Part shown: piece after piece, positions 29,554 through 39,396 of the stretch
Layout: every line of letters begins with the position of its first letter
Position numbering within the stretch: the stretch's first letter is position 1
Assembly (NCBI GenBank): GCA_965208025.1
Contig: OZ242302.1
Span: forward strand, 3,280,727 to 3,344,726
Direction of reading: 5' to 3'
Origin: Rhodothermales bacterium
GTDB taxonomy: Bacteria; Bacteroidota; Rhodothermia; Rhodothermales; Bin80
Length of the DNA stretch: 64,000 nucleotides
Notes under the pieces: model-generated
Seen by the model: the letters and a program-made list of their open reading frames with translations, nothing else
Told to the model about the DNA's origin: nothing
The model's database searches: none
Position numbers and translations under genes: made by a program

Positions 29554-30377
29554 AAACTGAATCAGATGCATTCGTGATTGCACTTATTCGTGAAATTTTT
29601 AATTCTGAAGACACACTGACCTCGTGCCTTCGGAATGCGCAGGCACATGGGGCAGAATTGGCTTTACTTCCAGAGTTACCCCTGAATACTTGGTCTCCTG
29701 CAACAAAACTCCGCAAGTCTGAAGATGCAGAATTTCCAGGCGGCTGGCGGGAGACCATGCTTCGGTCTTCTGCCAGAAAAGCAGGCATTGCCGTTTTAGG
29801 AGGAGTGATTCGGCAAAGAGATGATGGCTCACGGGTCAATCTTGCACTGCTGATCAATGCACAGGGAAACATGATTGGCACCTCGTCGAAGCATGTCTTG
29901 CCAAATGAAGAAGGGTTCTGGGAATGTGATCACTATGAGGCCAGCTTGGATCCTCCCAAGGTTATTGAATACATGGGTGCCAAATTTGGAGTCCAGATCT
30001 GCTCCGATGCAAATCGTTCAACTGCAGCACAACTCTTGGCTGCCCAAGGCGTACAGGTTATCTTGGCACCGCGTGCTACAAGTGCTGCGTCATGGAATCG
30101 ATGGCGTTTGGCATATCAAGCTATGGCTCTCACCTCTGCCGCTTGGGTGATTTCCGTGAATCGCCCGAGGTCAGAATTCGGTGTAGAGATCGGTGGCCCC
30201 TCGCTGATCGTGAATCCAATGGGAGAGATCGTTCTAGAATCGGAGAAGAAAATTGCCATACATTCGGTAAGTTTAGGAGAAGTCATTCATGCACGTCAAG
30301 CCTATCCTGGATACCTCCCGTGGCCAGCAGAAATGTATATCGCTGGCTGGCAGGAAATCCAACAGAATCAATCATAA
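29550..30377 (+). CDS. Carbon-nitrogen hydrolase (nitrilase superfamily) protein
   Basis: Candidate catalytic triad contexts: 'LALLPELP' (Glu), 'SSKHVLP' (Lys), 'VQICSDAN' (Cys). Confidence 0.8.
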   Translation: MKTESDAFVIALIREIFNSEDTLTSCLRNAQAHGAELALLPELPLNTWSPATKLRKSEDAEFPGGWRETMLRSSARKAGIAVLGGVIRQRDDGSRVNLALLINAQGNMIGTSSKHVLPNEEGFWECDHYEASLDPPKVIEYMGAKFGVQICSDANRSTAAQLLAAQGVQVILAPRATSAASWNRWRLAYQAMALTSAAWVISVNRPRSEFGVEIGGPSLIVNPMGEIVLESEKKIAIHSVSLGEVIHARQAYPGYLPWPAEMYIAGWQEIQQNQS

Positions 30378-30393
30378 CCAGTTACTCAATCAC

Positions 30394-31818
30394 ATGAGAT
30401 CTACCTCCATCTTTCTTATCATTATTTACCTTCTTTTTCCTCAGAAGGCTGTTGCACAAAAAGCCGAGATCATTCAAGCTTTAGATGCTCAGGCGGACGA
30501 CTATTTCCATGTGGCTAAACAAATTTGGGAATGGGCAGAACTCGGGTACCAAGAAGAGAAGAGTAGTGCGCTTCTACAAGAGCAACTTATTCAAGAGGGG
30601 TTTTCAGTTGAGTCGGGCGTGGTAGGAATTCCAACTGCATTTATTGCTGAATATGGAACTGGAACCCCCGTGATTGGCATACTGGCTGAGTTTGATGCAC
30701 TCCCCGGATTGTCACAGAATGCAATTCCGGTTCGAGAGCCACGGGTTGCGGATGGTTCAGGGCATGCTTGTGGACACCATTTATTTGGGACCGCTTCCAT
30801 TGCAGCGGCGGCAGCAGTCAAGGATTGGATGGATACAAGTGGTTTAACAGGAACGATTCGGGTCTATGGAACTCCTGCGGAGGAGGGTGGAGCTGGGAAA
30901 GTATATATGGTTCGAGCAGGACTTTTTAATGACGTAGATGCAGTGCTTCATTGGCATCCCAGCGATCGGAATGATGCCAGCCCAGCCACAACTCTGGCAA
31001 ACCGATCGGCAAAATTTCGCTTTTATGGGCACTCTACACACGCTGCGGGAGCCCCCGAGCGCGGCAGGAGTGCTTTGGATGGTGTGGAAGCCATGAACAT
31101 GATGGTCAATCTGCTCCGAGAGCATGTACCTCAGGAGACTCGTATCCATTATGTGATCACTCGTGGAGGCTTGGCCCCCAACGTAGTTCCCGATTATGCA
31201 GAGGTGTATTATTATGTCCGCCACCCCTTTGCCGAAACCCTGGAAAAAATTTTCCCACGAGTTGTTGATGCAGCAGAGGGAGCGGCCCTCGGAACAGGCA
31301 CAACCATGGATTATGAGATCATTCATGGCCTTCACAGTGTGCTTCCTGTTCATGTATTATCTCAGGCAATCCTTGCCAATATGAAATCTCTCGGTGGTGT
31401 GGAATACGATGACGCTGAAATGAGCTTTGCCGAAGAAATTCGTGAGACTATAGATGATCCAACAATCTCTTTGGGTTCGGAAGCAATGATTCAACCGTTT
31501 GAACCAAGAACGACCAAAGGGTCTACAGATGTAGGGGATGTTAGCTATATGGCACCAACTGCGGGGTTCAATACAGCCACCTGGGTTCCTGGAACCGCTG
31601 CTCACAGTTGGCAGGCGGTTGCAGCCGGTGGAATGAGTATTGGCAAAAAAGGAATGATCTTAGCCTCCAAGGTTCTCGCCACAACAGTTGTAGACCTCAT
31701 GGTGAATGAAGATCTACTAAGGGAAGCAAAAATGGAGTTTGTCAATCGGAGAGGACCTAATTTTGAATACCATCCTCTTCTTGGAGACCGAGATCCACCA
31801 TTGGACTATCGGAAATAG
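30394..31818 (+). CDS. M20-family amidohydrolase/peptidase (AbgB-like), secreted
   Basis: Signal peptide 'MRSTSIFLIIIYLLFPQKAVAQ'. 'GSGHACGHHLFG' metal-site motif, 'GTPAEEGGAGK'. The start is placed at the internal Met at 30394. Confidence 0.8.
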   Translation: MRSTSIFLIIIYLLFPQKAVAQKAEIIQALDAQADDYFHVAKQIWEWAELGYQEEKSSALLQEQLIQEGFSVESGVVGIPTAFIAEYGTGTPVIGILAEFDALPGLSQNAIPVREPRVADGSGHACGHHLFGTASIAAAAAVKDWMDTSGLTGTIRVYGTPAEEGGAGKVYMVRAGLFNDVDAVLHWHPSDRNDASPATTLANRSAKFRFYGHSTHAAGAPERGRSALDGVEAMNMMVNLLREHVPQETRIHYVITRGGLAPNVVPDYAEVYYYVRHPFAETLEKIFPRVVDAAEGAALGTGTTMDYEIIHGLHSVLPVHVLSQAILANMKSLGGVEYDDAEMSFAEEIRETIDDPTISLGSEAMIQPFEPRTTKGSTDVGDVSYMAPTAGFNTATWVPGTAAHSWQAVAAGGMSIGKKGMILASKVLATTVVDLMVNEDLLREAKMEFVNRRGPNFEYHPLLGDRDPPLDYRK

Positions 31819-31994
31819 GGTATTCAGCTAAGAATTTTCCTGACGGTGAACCATGGAACGGTTCGGATTGAATGGAGGAGCAATAACATTATGGGGAGAC
31901 GGACTGCTTCCCTTTCAAACTGAATATTGATTGATGAAGTAGTGAAAGTGACCTGTGTGCAACTGTCATCCCATGTAAAGGAATGATCATTCAT

Positions 31995-34900
31995 ATGAAA
32001 TTGTTTAATTCTGAGAATCTCTGCAGGTCGTTGGGGTTCGTTGCAATGTTCATGATCCTCATCTTTCACTTGTATCTCCCACAGGCCAACGCTCAGCAAC
32101 CTGCCGCTTATCAGTCTGGCATGGTTGTAGTCCAGTTTGATTCTACCCGTCACATCACAGCAAAGTTAAATTGGAGAGGACTTGAGGGATTGGTTCGCAT
32201 CGCATCCAGATATGAGATCTACGAAATTGAGCGTGTATATCCGTTTCTTGATCATGTTGAGCCTACACCTGTACTCTGGAAGAATCTGATGGCTCTGCGG
32301 CGCACATACTATGTGCGATACCATTCAGATGCTGACCCAGTTGCGGTTTCCGTGAGTCTATTGAATGTTGCCGGGGTCGTATATGCGGAACCAGTTCCGA
32401 TTAACCGAATGCATATGGAGAGCCAGAGGGAGATCGTAGACCCCAACGATCCCAGATTTGGTTCTCAATCCGAACTCCGTCTGTTACGTATTCCCGAAGC
32501 CTGGGATGAGGTAAAGAGTGAATCCAGTACTCCAAAAGTAGTGATTGCTGTGATTGATGGAGGCGGAGAATGGCGACACGAAGACCTGCGAGCTAATGTA
32601 TGGACGAACGAGAATGAAATTCCTGAAAATGGGATTGATGATGACAATAATGGTTTCATTGATGATGTTCACGGAGTTGATTTTTCGGACGAGGATGATA
32701 CGGATAATGATCCAACCAGAGATCCTACGATCGGTAGTTCTGTGCATGGAACCGCAGCCGCAGGACTAGCGAGTGCGGTAACTGACAACCAGATTGGTAT
32801 CGCTGGGGCTTCCTGGAATGCTTCGTTGATGCACATCAATGCTGCTCATCCTTTAGGATTTGGCATTCAGTATGGATATGAGGGGATTCTTTATGCAGCC
32901 ATGAATGGTGCAGACATCATCAATGCAAGTTGGGGGGCAATCGTAAAAGCGAATCAAGAAGTGTTGTTTTTGGATCAGACATTAGAGTTAGCGACAGATT
33001 TAGGTGCCTTGGTGATCACTTCGGCAGGTAACGGGGATCTCAACAATGATTTGTTTCGGACCTATCCAGCCCGTCACCCGCGCGTCCTTTCGGTTGGTGC
33101 GACGGAAAAAGAGACCATAAGACGGGCAGAATTCTCAAACTATGGTAAGCTGGTTGATGTGTTTGCCCCTGGAGAATCAATCATTTCTACTGGAACAGAG
33201 AATGGCTACACCGAGGTTAGCGGAACTTCCTTTGCCGCTCCATTGGTCGCGGGAATCGCTGCACTCATAAAGACAAAATTTTCAAATATGTCTGCGGATG
33301 AACTACGGGAGACAATTAGGTTTTCAGCCGAGAGCATTGACGATCAGAACCCTGAGGATCGCCACTTACTTGGACGTGGCATTGTAAATGCACTTGCAGC
33401 AGTTCAGAAAGTGGAAACTCCAGCCATTCGTCTGAAGCATTGGTCTCTTGAAGATCATGACGGGAATCAACCAATTCAATCTGGAGATTTGGTCAGGATC
33501 AAGACCGTTTTCGTAAACTATCTCGCGGATGCATCGAACGTAATGGTGGAGTTCAGGGAGAGCCAACCCTACTCCTTTGTGGAATTGCTTCAGAGTGAGA
33601 CCCTCACGGATGATTGGAAAAGTGGAGAGGAAAAGGAGTTAAAATTTGAATTCCAGGTTTTTCCCGATGCCCCACTCAATCAGAGAGTTCGTTTCTTTTT
33701 CCATGTAAAGACAGGAGATACTGAGGATGTGGCAGATATGCTCACATTTGCAGTGAATCGTTCTTTTGAGGTCGTGTATCAGGGGCTAAACGCACTCTAT
33801 ACATCAACGAATGGTGATCATTGGAATGACAACAGCAATTGGGATTTTACTTCGGTTCCTGGTATAGAGGAGCTTGATCAATGGTACGGTGTCTCCACGA
33901 ATGAAGGTTGGCTGGAGCAGTTAAACCTAGGTCAAAATAATCTTACAGGTATCATTCCATCAGAAATTGTGGGACTCACAGAATTACAGGTGCTTTACTT
34001 ACCTGGCAACGATCTCACTGGATTGATTCCTGATGGATTCACGCGTCTCTCAGAACTGCGCGGGTTGCGCTTGGGGGATAATTCTCTTTCGGGCTCCATC
34101 CCTCAAGAACTTGGGAATCTGTCCAATCTGGAATGGCTAAGTCTCTTCAGAAACTCACTGACTGGTTCAATTCCGCCCTCAATTGGCAATCTATCAAATC
34201 TCAAACATCTGAATCTCGAATCGAATTCTCTATCTGGACCAATCCCTATGGAGCTTGGCAGCCTTTCAAGTCTAGAATGGCTTGGATTACGTGATAATTT
34301 TCTGACGGGATCAATTCCCCATGAATTTGGGGCTCTATCCAACGTATCTATCATTGATCTGGGAAAGAATTCTCTCTCTGGCTTGATCCCCAAAGAACTT
34401 GCGAATCTTCCAAAGCTTTCGTGGCTGGTAATACCAGAAAATTCTATATCTGGCACAATTCCTGGCGAACTTGGCAGGATCACTACGCTGGAATTATTGG
34501 ATTTGGAGGATAACTTGCTTTCAGGACAGATTCCAATCGAACTTGGAAACTTGGTTGCTTTGAAGCAGCTAAACTTATCAGCAAACACTTTATCTGGAGC
34601 GGTGCCCTCTGAATTAGGAAACCTACTCAAGTTGGAATCACTCTATCTTTCAGGTAATTCGCTGATGGGCACTCTTCCAAGAAGTCTAATGAAAATGGAA
34701 AACCTTCAAGTTCTCTGGTTTGATGGGCAGGAATTATGTGCACCTCAGGATGATGAATTTCAGGAATGGCTTCAAACCATTCCTGATGTAATTGGTCGGT
34801 CCTGTGGAGACTTGGCATTTGTATCTGATGTTGATGATCAGAACTACAAACTCGGTGTACCGATTCATCCATTGGTGCTTCCTGAAGTGATCGGAGGCAC

Positions 34901-35390
34901 TCAACCCGTTGAGTATTCACTTACTCCAGCATTGCCAGTGGGATTAAGTTTTCTGCCATCCACTCGTACGGTTTTTGGAACGCCTATGGCTACAACGGAT
35001 TCTCCGATTGAGTACATCTACAGCGCTACTGATGTGAATGGCGCAAAGGGTAGCTTGACGTTTGAAGTCAGTGTTTACTCTCCAGTTAATACAGAGCCTG
35101 AGGATTTGCCCCATACATTACAGGTGATAGGGAATTATCCCAATCCATTTCAAAATGAAACCCAACTCATATTCAATCTACCTTGGCAGGCAAATGTACA
35201 GGTAGAATTGATGGACTTGATTGGACGACATATTCTGACAATTCCAGAAAGGAGCATCTCCGCTGGATGGTCAAAAACAATCAATTTAAGTGGAGCCACT
35301 CTTCCCGCAGGATTTTATCTCTACCGTCTAATTGCCAATTCGTCCTCGGGTCGTTTCATTGAGGTTGGTCGGTTTGTGCGGACTCGTTGA
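31995..35390 (+). CDS. Secreted multidomain S8 (subtilisin-like) serine protease with a plant-type LRR array and a T9SS C-terminal sorting domain
   Basis: Signal peptide ending 'PQANAQQ'. Catalytic triad contexts 'VIAVIDGGGE' (Asp), 'SVHGTAAAG' (His), 'SGTSFAAPLVAG' (Ser). 11-12 LRRs of 24 aa each. C-terminus 'GNYPNPFQNETQLIFNLP...FYLYRLIAN' is T9SS CTD-like. Confidence 0.85.
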   Translation: MKLFNSENLCRSLGFVAMFMILIFHLYLPQANAQQPAAYQSGMVVVQFDSTRHITAKLNWRGLEGLVRIASRYEIYEIERVYPFLDHVEPTPVLWKNLMALRRTYYVRYHSDADPVAVSVSLLNVAGVVYAEPVPINRMHMESQREIVDPNDPRFGSQSELRLLRIPEAWDEVKSESSTPKVVIAVIDGGGEWRHEDLRANVWTNENEIPENGIDDDNNGFIDDVHGVDFSDEDDTDNDPTRDPTIGSSVHGTAAAGLASAVTDNQIGIAGASWNASLMHINAAHPLGFGIQYGYEGILYAAMNGADIINASWGAIVKANQEVLFLDQTLELATDLGALVITSAGNGDLNNDLFRTYPARHPRVLSVGATEKETIRRAEFSNYGKLVDVFAPGESIISTGTENGYTEVSGTSFAAPLVAGIAALIKTKFSNMSADELRETIRFSAESIDDQNPEDRHLLGRGIVNALAAVQKVETPAIRLKHWSLEDHDGNQPIQSGDLVRIKTVFVNYLADASNVMVEFRESQPYSFVELLQSETLTDDWKSGEEKELKFEFQVFPDAPLNQRVRFFFHVKTGDTEDVADMLTFAVNRSFEVVYQGLNALYTSTNGDHWNDNSNWDFTSVPGIEELDQWYGVSTNEGWLEQLNLGQNNLTGIIPSEIVGLTELQVLYLPGNDLTGLIPDGFTRLSELRGLRLGDNSLSGSIPQELGNLSNLEWLSLFRNSLTGSIPPSIGNLSNLKHLNLESNSLSGPIPMELGSLSSLEWLGLRDNFLTGSIPHEFGALSNVSIIDLGKNSLSGLIPKELANLPKLSWLVIPENSISGTIPGELGRITTLELLDLEDNLLSGQIPIELGNLVALKQLNLSANTLSGAVPSELGNLLKLESLYLSGNSLMGTLPRSLMKMENLQVLWFDGQELCAPQDDEFQEWLQTIPDVIGRSCGDLAFVSDVDDQNYKLGVPIHPLVLPEVIGGTQPVEYSLTPALPVGLSFLPSTRTVFGTPMATTDSPIEYIYSATDVNGAKGSLTFEVSVYSPVNTEPEDLPHTLQVIGNYPNPFQNETQLIFNLPWQANVQVELMDLIGRHILTIPERSISAGWSKTINLSGATLPAGFYLYRLIANSSSGRFIEVGRFVRTR
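33912..34730 (+). repeat. In-frame 72-nt periodic coding repeat (11-12 leucine-rich repeats of exactly 24 aa)
   Basis: The unit LxxLxLxxNxL(S/T)GxIPxELGxLxx repeats back to back, e.g. 'LEWLSLFRNSLTGSIPPSIGNLSN' and 'LKHLNLESNSLSGPIPMELGSLSS'. Confidence 0.8.
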
Positions 35391-35538
35391 GGGAATCCAT
35401 CAATGATCAAGGAGCAATTTCAGGTACAGTGAATCCGAGAATTCGGATCCCCATCATGTTACTCAGTTTTTCTTCCCAAGTTAAGTGCTAACGGGTATGG
35501 ATTGGTTGCAAAATAATGCCTAACTTTAGTCACTCACG

Positions 35539-36489
35539 ATGAACAAAAGACTCATACCCATGACGAATCGCCGCAACTTCCTAAAGACTAGTGTTTCTGC
35601 CGCCGCAGGACTCATGATGGCACCAGAACGTACCTACCAATCAAAAATCGTTTCTAAGCCGAATCCGATAGGAGTATCAACCTACTCATTTTGGCGATTT
35701 AATGGTCCGAAAGAAAATTATCCGATTGAGACATGCATCGATCAGGCAGCAGCAATGGGGTTTGACGGAATTGAACTCCTTCATATGCAGATGACGTCTG
35801 AAGAGCCAGACTACTTGCAGAATCTAAAGCGAATGGCTTTCGTGAATGGATTAGATCTTATGGGGTTCTCTACGCATCAAGGCTTTGTGTCTCCTGACGC
35901 TGACGAACGCCAACGCAATGTTAACGAAACAATTCGACAAATTGATCTATGTTATGAGTTGGGGATTCCTACGATGCGGCTAAATACAGGACGGTGGGGT
36001 ACATCCGAGTCGTTCACCGCACTCATGAATAATCGCGGAATTGAACCACCACTTGATGGGTATAATGATGATGATGCATTTGTGTGGGTAATTGATGCCA
36101 TTGAAAAATTGATTCCCAAGGCTCAACAATGTGGGGTTTTACTTGGACTAGAAAATCACTGGGGGCTTGGAAGGACACCAGAAGGAGTTCTCAAGATCGT
36201 CCAAGCAATTGATTCTCCGTGGTTGAAAGTCACACTTGATACAGGGAATTTCTTGGAGAATCCCTACGAAAAACTTGAAATGTTGGCTCCCTATACCATT
36301 CTCATGCAAGCAAAAACATACTACGGGGGAGGGACTTGGTACACACTGGAACTGGATTATCCCAGGATTGCAGAAATCATGCGAAAACATAACTACTCCG
36401 GCTATGTTTCGCTTGAATTTGAGGGGAAAGAAGATGAGAAAACCGCTATTCCGAAGAGCCTGGAACTCCTGAGGAAAGCATTCAGCTAA
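35539..36489 (+). CDS. Sugar phosphate isomerase/epimerase (xylose isomerase-like TIM barrel) with a Tat-type signal
   Basis: Twin-arginine leader 'NRRNFLKTSVSAAAGLMMAP'. 'GFDGIEL', 'GLENHWG' and 'TLDTGNF' are typical of the AP_endonuc_2/TIM-barrel family. Confidence 0.75.
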   Translation: MNKRLIPMTNRRNFLKTSVSAAAGLMMAPERTYQSKIVSKPNPIGVSTYSFWRFNGPKENYPIETCIDQAAAMGFDGIELLHMQMTSEEPDYLQNLKRMAFVNGLDLMGFSTHQGFVSPDADERQRNVNETIRQIDLCYELGIPTMRLNTGRWGTSESFTALMNNRGIEPPLDGYNDDDAFVWVIDAIEKLIPKAQQCGVLLGLENHWGLGRTPEGVLKIVQAIDSPWLKVTLDTGNFLENPYEKLEMLAPYTILMQAKTYYGGGTWYTLELDYPRIAEIMRKHNYSGYVSLEFEGKEDEKTAIPKSLELLRKAFS

Positions 36490-36768
36490 TCTATCAGAAA
36501 CTCAGTAATCTGACAGTTCAATTAGTAGATGATGAAGGAAGTAACTTCACCGCGTTTCCGAAATCAAAAATACCAAGCCATTGCAGATGCTCATCGTTCT
36601 TGAAACCACTTGTGGCAACCTAAATCCGTAGATAGTTCCGTTGTGAAAACGAAGAACTAATACGATGGGTAACACAAATAGACAACCAGTTGGAGACTTA
36701 AAAATTACCAACTTGGCCGATTGTAGATACGATGTACCTACAATCGCAATGGAGCAGTTAGAATACCT

Positions 36769-36807
36769 AAAAAGATCTACCCTATGGTGGGGGGGGGAAG
36801 ATCTTGA
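36769..36807 (-). terminator. Probable intrinsic terminator of the cold-shock gene
   Basis: On the minus strand, AAGATCT...AGATCTT forms a 7-bp stem around a C-rich loop (C9 run) and is followed by TTTTT. It lies immediately after the csp stop codon. Confidence 0.4.
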
Positions 36808-36811
36808 ATAA

Positions 36812-37024
36812 TTAGATAGTGTCTACATTTTGTGCTTGAAACCCTTTTTCGCCTTGGGTCACAGCAAATTCTACTCGCTGTCCTTCATCAAGAGATTTGT
36901 AACCGTCCTTGTTGACTTCGGAGTAGTGCACAAACACATCCTTCTCACCACTGTCACGCTCAATAAAGCCATAGCCTTTCTCAGCGTTGAACCACTTTAC
37001 AGTACCTTGTTCGCGATCTTGCAT
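36812..37024 (-). CDS. csp: Cold-shock protein (CspA family)
   Basis: '[15 protein letters not shown]' RNP1 and 'VFVHYS' RNP2 motifs. 70 aa. Confidence 0.95.
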   Translation of the reverse strand: MQDREQGTVKWFNAEKGYGFIERDSGEKDVFVHYSEVNKDGYKSLDEGQRVEFAVTQGEKGFQAQNVDTI

Positions 37025-37333
37025 TAATAAAACACCTTACGGTAATGATTAAAAAATATAACAATTAGCTAGAAAACAGTTTTGGAAACATCTTCTAACA
37101 AGCGTTTATACGTCAAAACGCCAAATAGGTGCAGATTAATACTGAAATGATGTGTAGAATTGGTGAAAATTTGGTGAAGGACAGGATACTCCAACACCGT
37201 AGTTCCTCAGGTCATTGAAAATAACATTGATCCGAAAAGGTAGTCGGAATACATGATGGGAATTAAATCAATGATCTCAAATTCTACAGGGTACTGCGAG
37301 TGAATGTGCGGACAACTGTAAGGGTGGAATCAA

Positions 37334-37669
37334 TTACATGAATCCAAGTTCAAGTTTCGCCTCGTCACTCATCATCTCAATCGTGAAAGGAGGATCAAAC
37401 GTGAGCTCAACATGTGCATCGGTTACCCCCTCGGTGAGCATCACCACGGACTCAACCTGACTCGGGAGACTATCGGCTACTGGACAGTTGGGAGTTGTTA
37501 AGGTCATAGTCACAAATGCACGATCATCCTTATCAAGTTGGACCTTGTAGATTAGTCCCAGATCATACACATTGACTGGAATTTCAGGGTCATAGACCTG
37601 TCGGATGGATGCAATCACCTCATCAGCTAATCCTTTGGTCTTCGCATTGTCAATGACTTCGCAGTTCAT
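37334..37669 (-). CDS. sufT: SUF system Fe-S assembly protein (SufT/DUF59, MIP18 family)
   Basis: 'VYDPEIPVNVYDLGLIY ... MTLTTPNCPVADSL' is the DUF59 signature. It is the last gene of the suf operon, with a 4-nt overlap with sufS. Confidence 0.8.
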   Translation of the reverse strand: MNCEVIDNAKTKGLADEVIASIRQVYDPEIPVNVYDLGLIYKVQLDKDDRAFVTMTLTTPNCPVADSLPSQVESVVMLTEGVTDAHVELTFDPPFTIEMMSDEAKLELGFM

Positions 37670-39396
37670 ACGACTTCGGCAATAGAGGCTTCTTTCTGGA
37701 TGCGCTCAATCATTCGATTCAGTCCATTTTTTCGACGTGCAGTAATCAGACTTGGGAGACCTACTTCGTGGATCAGGGCAGGAAGGTCAGTCATGAGAAT
37801 CGTTTGGGGAGATTGTCCATTGAATAGCTGGATGAGCAGAGCAATCATTCCACGTGTAATGAGTGCGTCGCTGTCTGCTTCAAAATAGATTCTACCCTCC
37901 CGGATCGTACTGTGAAGCCAGACCATGGCTAAACAGCCATGAATTCGGTTTGTCTCTGTCTTAAGTGAAGCATCCAGTTCGGGAAGATTTTCTCCAAGTT
38001 CAATTAAATACTCGCGACGTTCGTCGTCGTCTTCAAATAGATTCAGATCCTCCATCAACAACGATTTACGACGATCAATAGACACATCACGGGATAAGGG
38101 AAGACTAACTCCATTGGAAGATGTGGATGCAGATGTTCTGATTGACTTGGGATTCGCAGAAATTTCGTTGATCCTTTCCACAAGTGCGTCCACATCATCT
38201 GTGGTATTGTAGGCACCAAACGAGGCACGAACGGTGCCAGAAATACCAAAATATTTCATGAGAGGCATGGCGCAATGATGTCCTGTTCTCACCGCAATCC
38301 CGGCCTGATCCAGAGCATAGCCCACATCATAGGGATGATGCCCATCCAGAAGGAAACTTAGAACGCCAACTTTTTTTGGAGCGGTTCCGACAACCGTGAG
38401 GCTTGGTATGGTTGAAACGTTTTCGTGAGCATAATCAAGAAGTGCTTCCTCTCTACGGTGCAGAACATCCATTCCAATGTTGTCAAGATAGTCAATCGCC
38501 GCTGCCATTCCAATCACACCAGCGATATTTGGAGTACCAGCCTCAAATTTATGAGGAAGTTCAGCCCATGTAGAGGATGTACGGTGTACTTCCTCAATCA
38601 TGTCACCCCCTCCATGCCAAGGGGGTAGATCTTCAAGAATTTCTTCTTTTCCATAGAGGAAACCCACTCCCGTCGGCCCGTATGCCTTATGACTGCCAGC
38701 ACAATAGAAATCGCACTCCAGACTCTGCATATCCAAGGGAAGGTGGGGTAACCCCTGAGCACCATCCAACAGAACAGCAATGTCCCGTTTATGTGCCTCG
38801 TAAATGATCTCCTCCACTGGATGAAGCGTGCCCAAACTGTTGGAAACATGCCCAATAGCAATGAGACGAGTACGTTGATTTACATGCCTGAACAGTACAT
38901 CAACGCTGATGGTGCCAGTCATGGATACATCCACGACACGTAACTGCGCACCGCACTCTTTTGCCAAGGTTTGCCATGGGACAAGATTTGAGTGGTGCTC
39001 CATGACGGTTGTTAAAATCTCATCGCCGCGGTGAATGCGCTGGCGACCATAGGTCGCGGCAACCAAGTTGATGGCTTCGGTCGTTCCACGAGTGAAAATA
39101 ATGGATCGTTCACTCGGAGCTCCAATGAACTGGGCTAAGCGTTTTCGAGCAGCCTCATAGCGCTCAGTCGCATGCTGGCTAAGGTAGTGTACCCCCCGGT
39201 GTACGTTGCTGTGTTCGTTGGTATAGTAATTGGCTATACAGTCAATCACACACTGAGGCTTTAGCGATGAAGCTGCACTATCCAAATAGACCAACGGATG
39301 GTCGTGCACTCGCTGACGCAGGGTTGGAAAGTCAGCCCTGATCTGGTGATCATCAATTTCGGTTAGATCTAGCATTGCGTGGGCGTCCCACATCAA
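37666..39396 (-). CDS. sufS: Cysteine desulfurase SufS fused to a C-terminal SufE sulfur-acceptor domain
   Basis: The SufS part carries the PLP-Lys context 'CAGSHKAYGPTG' and 'RTGHHCAMPL' (catalytic Cys loop). After a Ser/Thr-rich linker comes a SufE-like domain with 'NRIHGCLAMVWL' (conserved Cys) and 'ITARRKNGL'. Confidence 0.9.
   Translation of the reverse strand: MMWDAHAMLDLTEIDDHQIRADFPTLRQRVHDHPLVYLDSAASSLKPQCVIDCIANYYTNEHSNVHRGVHYLSQHATERYEAARKRLAQFIGAPSERSIIFTRGTTEAINLVAATYGRQRIHRGDEILTTVMEHHSNLVPWQTLAKECGAQLRVVDVSMTGTISVDVLFRHVNQRTRLIAIGHVSNSLGTLHPVEEIIYEAHKRDIAVLLDGAQGLPHLPLDMQSLECDFYCAGSHKAYGPTGVGFLYGKEEILEDLPPWHGGGDMIEEVHRTSSTWAELPHKFEAGTPNIAGVIGMAAAIDYLDNIGMDVLHRREEALLDYAHENVSTIPSLTVVGTAPKKVGVLSFLLDGHHPYDVGYALDQAGIAVRTGHHCAMPLMKYFGISGTVRASFGAYNTTDDVDALVERINEISANPKSIRTSASTSSNGVSLPLSRDVSIDRRKSLLMEDLNLFEDDDERREYLIELGENLPELDASLKTETNRIHGCLAMVWLHSTIREGRIYFEADSDALITRGMIALLIQLFNGQSPQTILMTDLPALIHEVGLPSLITARRKNGLNRMIERIQKEASIAEVV

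Noticed and set aside
30844-31353. A 169-aa minus-strand ORF. Similar antisense ORFs occur at 5185-5661, 7021-7527, 13846-14256, 17343-17750 and 58627-59142.
   Set aside because: All are embedded antisense in strongly supported genes (M20 amidohydrolase, ccmF, permease, ABC exporter, arginase, istA), and none has recognisable motifs.
34103-34630. A 175-aa ORF on the minus strand, with another at 34627-34920.
   Set aside because: Both are antisense to the LRR region of the S8 protease gene. Their repetitive Ser/Pro/Phe-rich translation mirrors the sense-strand repeats and has no independent support.
33912-34730. A regularly spaced ~72-nt DNA periodicity that could be mistaken for a repeat array or CRISPR-like structure.
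   Set aside because: It lies in-frame inside a long ORF and encodes 24-aa leucine-rich repeats. The units are divergent at the DNA level, with no conserved direct repeats or unique spacers and no cas genes.
36717-36745. A perfect 9-bp inverted repeat (CGATTGTAG-N11-CTACAATCG) in the 322-nt gap downstream of csp.
   Set aside because: It has no flanking U-tract, and there is no associated ORF or recognisable RNA family. It is noted as structure only and cannot be assigned a function from sequence.
36789-36797. A G9 homopolymer (C9 on the csp strand), considered as a possible phase-variation tract.
   Set aside because: It lies in non-coding sequence within the loop of the putative csp terminator hairpin. 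It is not positioned in a promoter spacer or an ORF.
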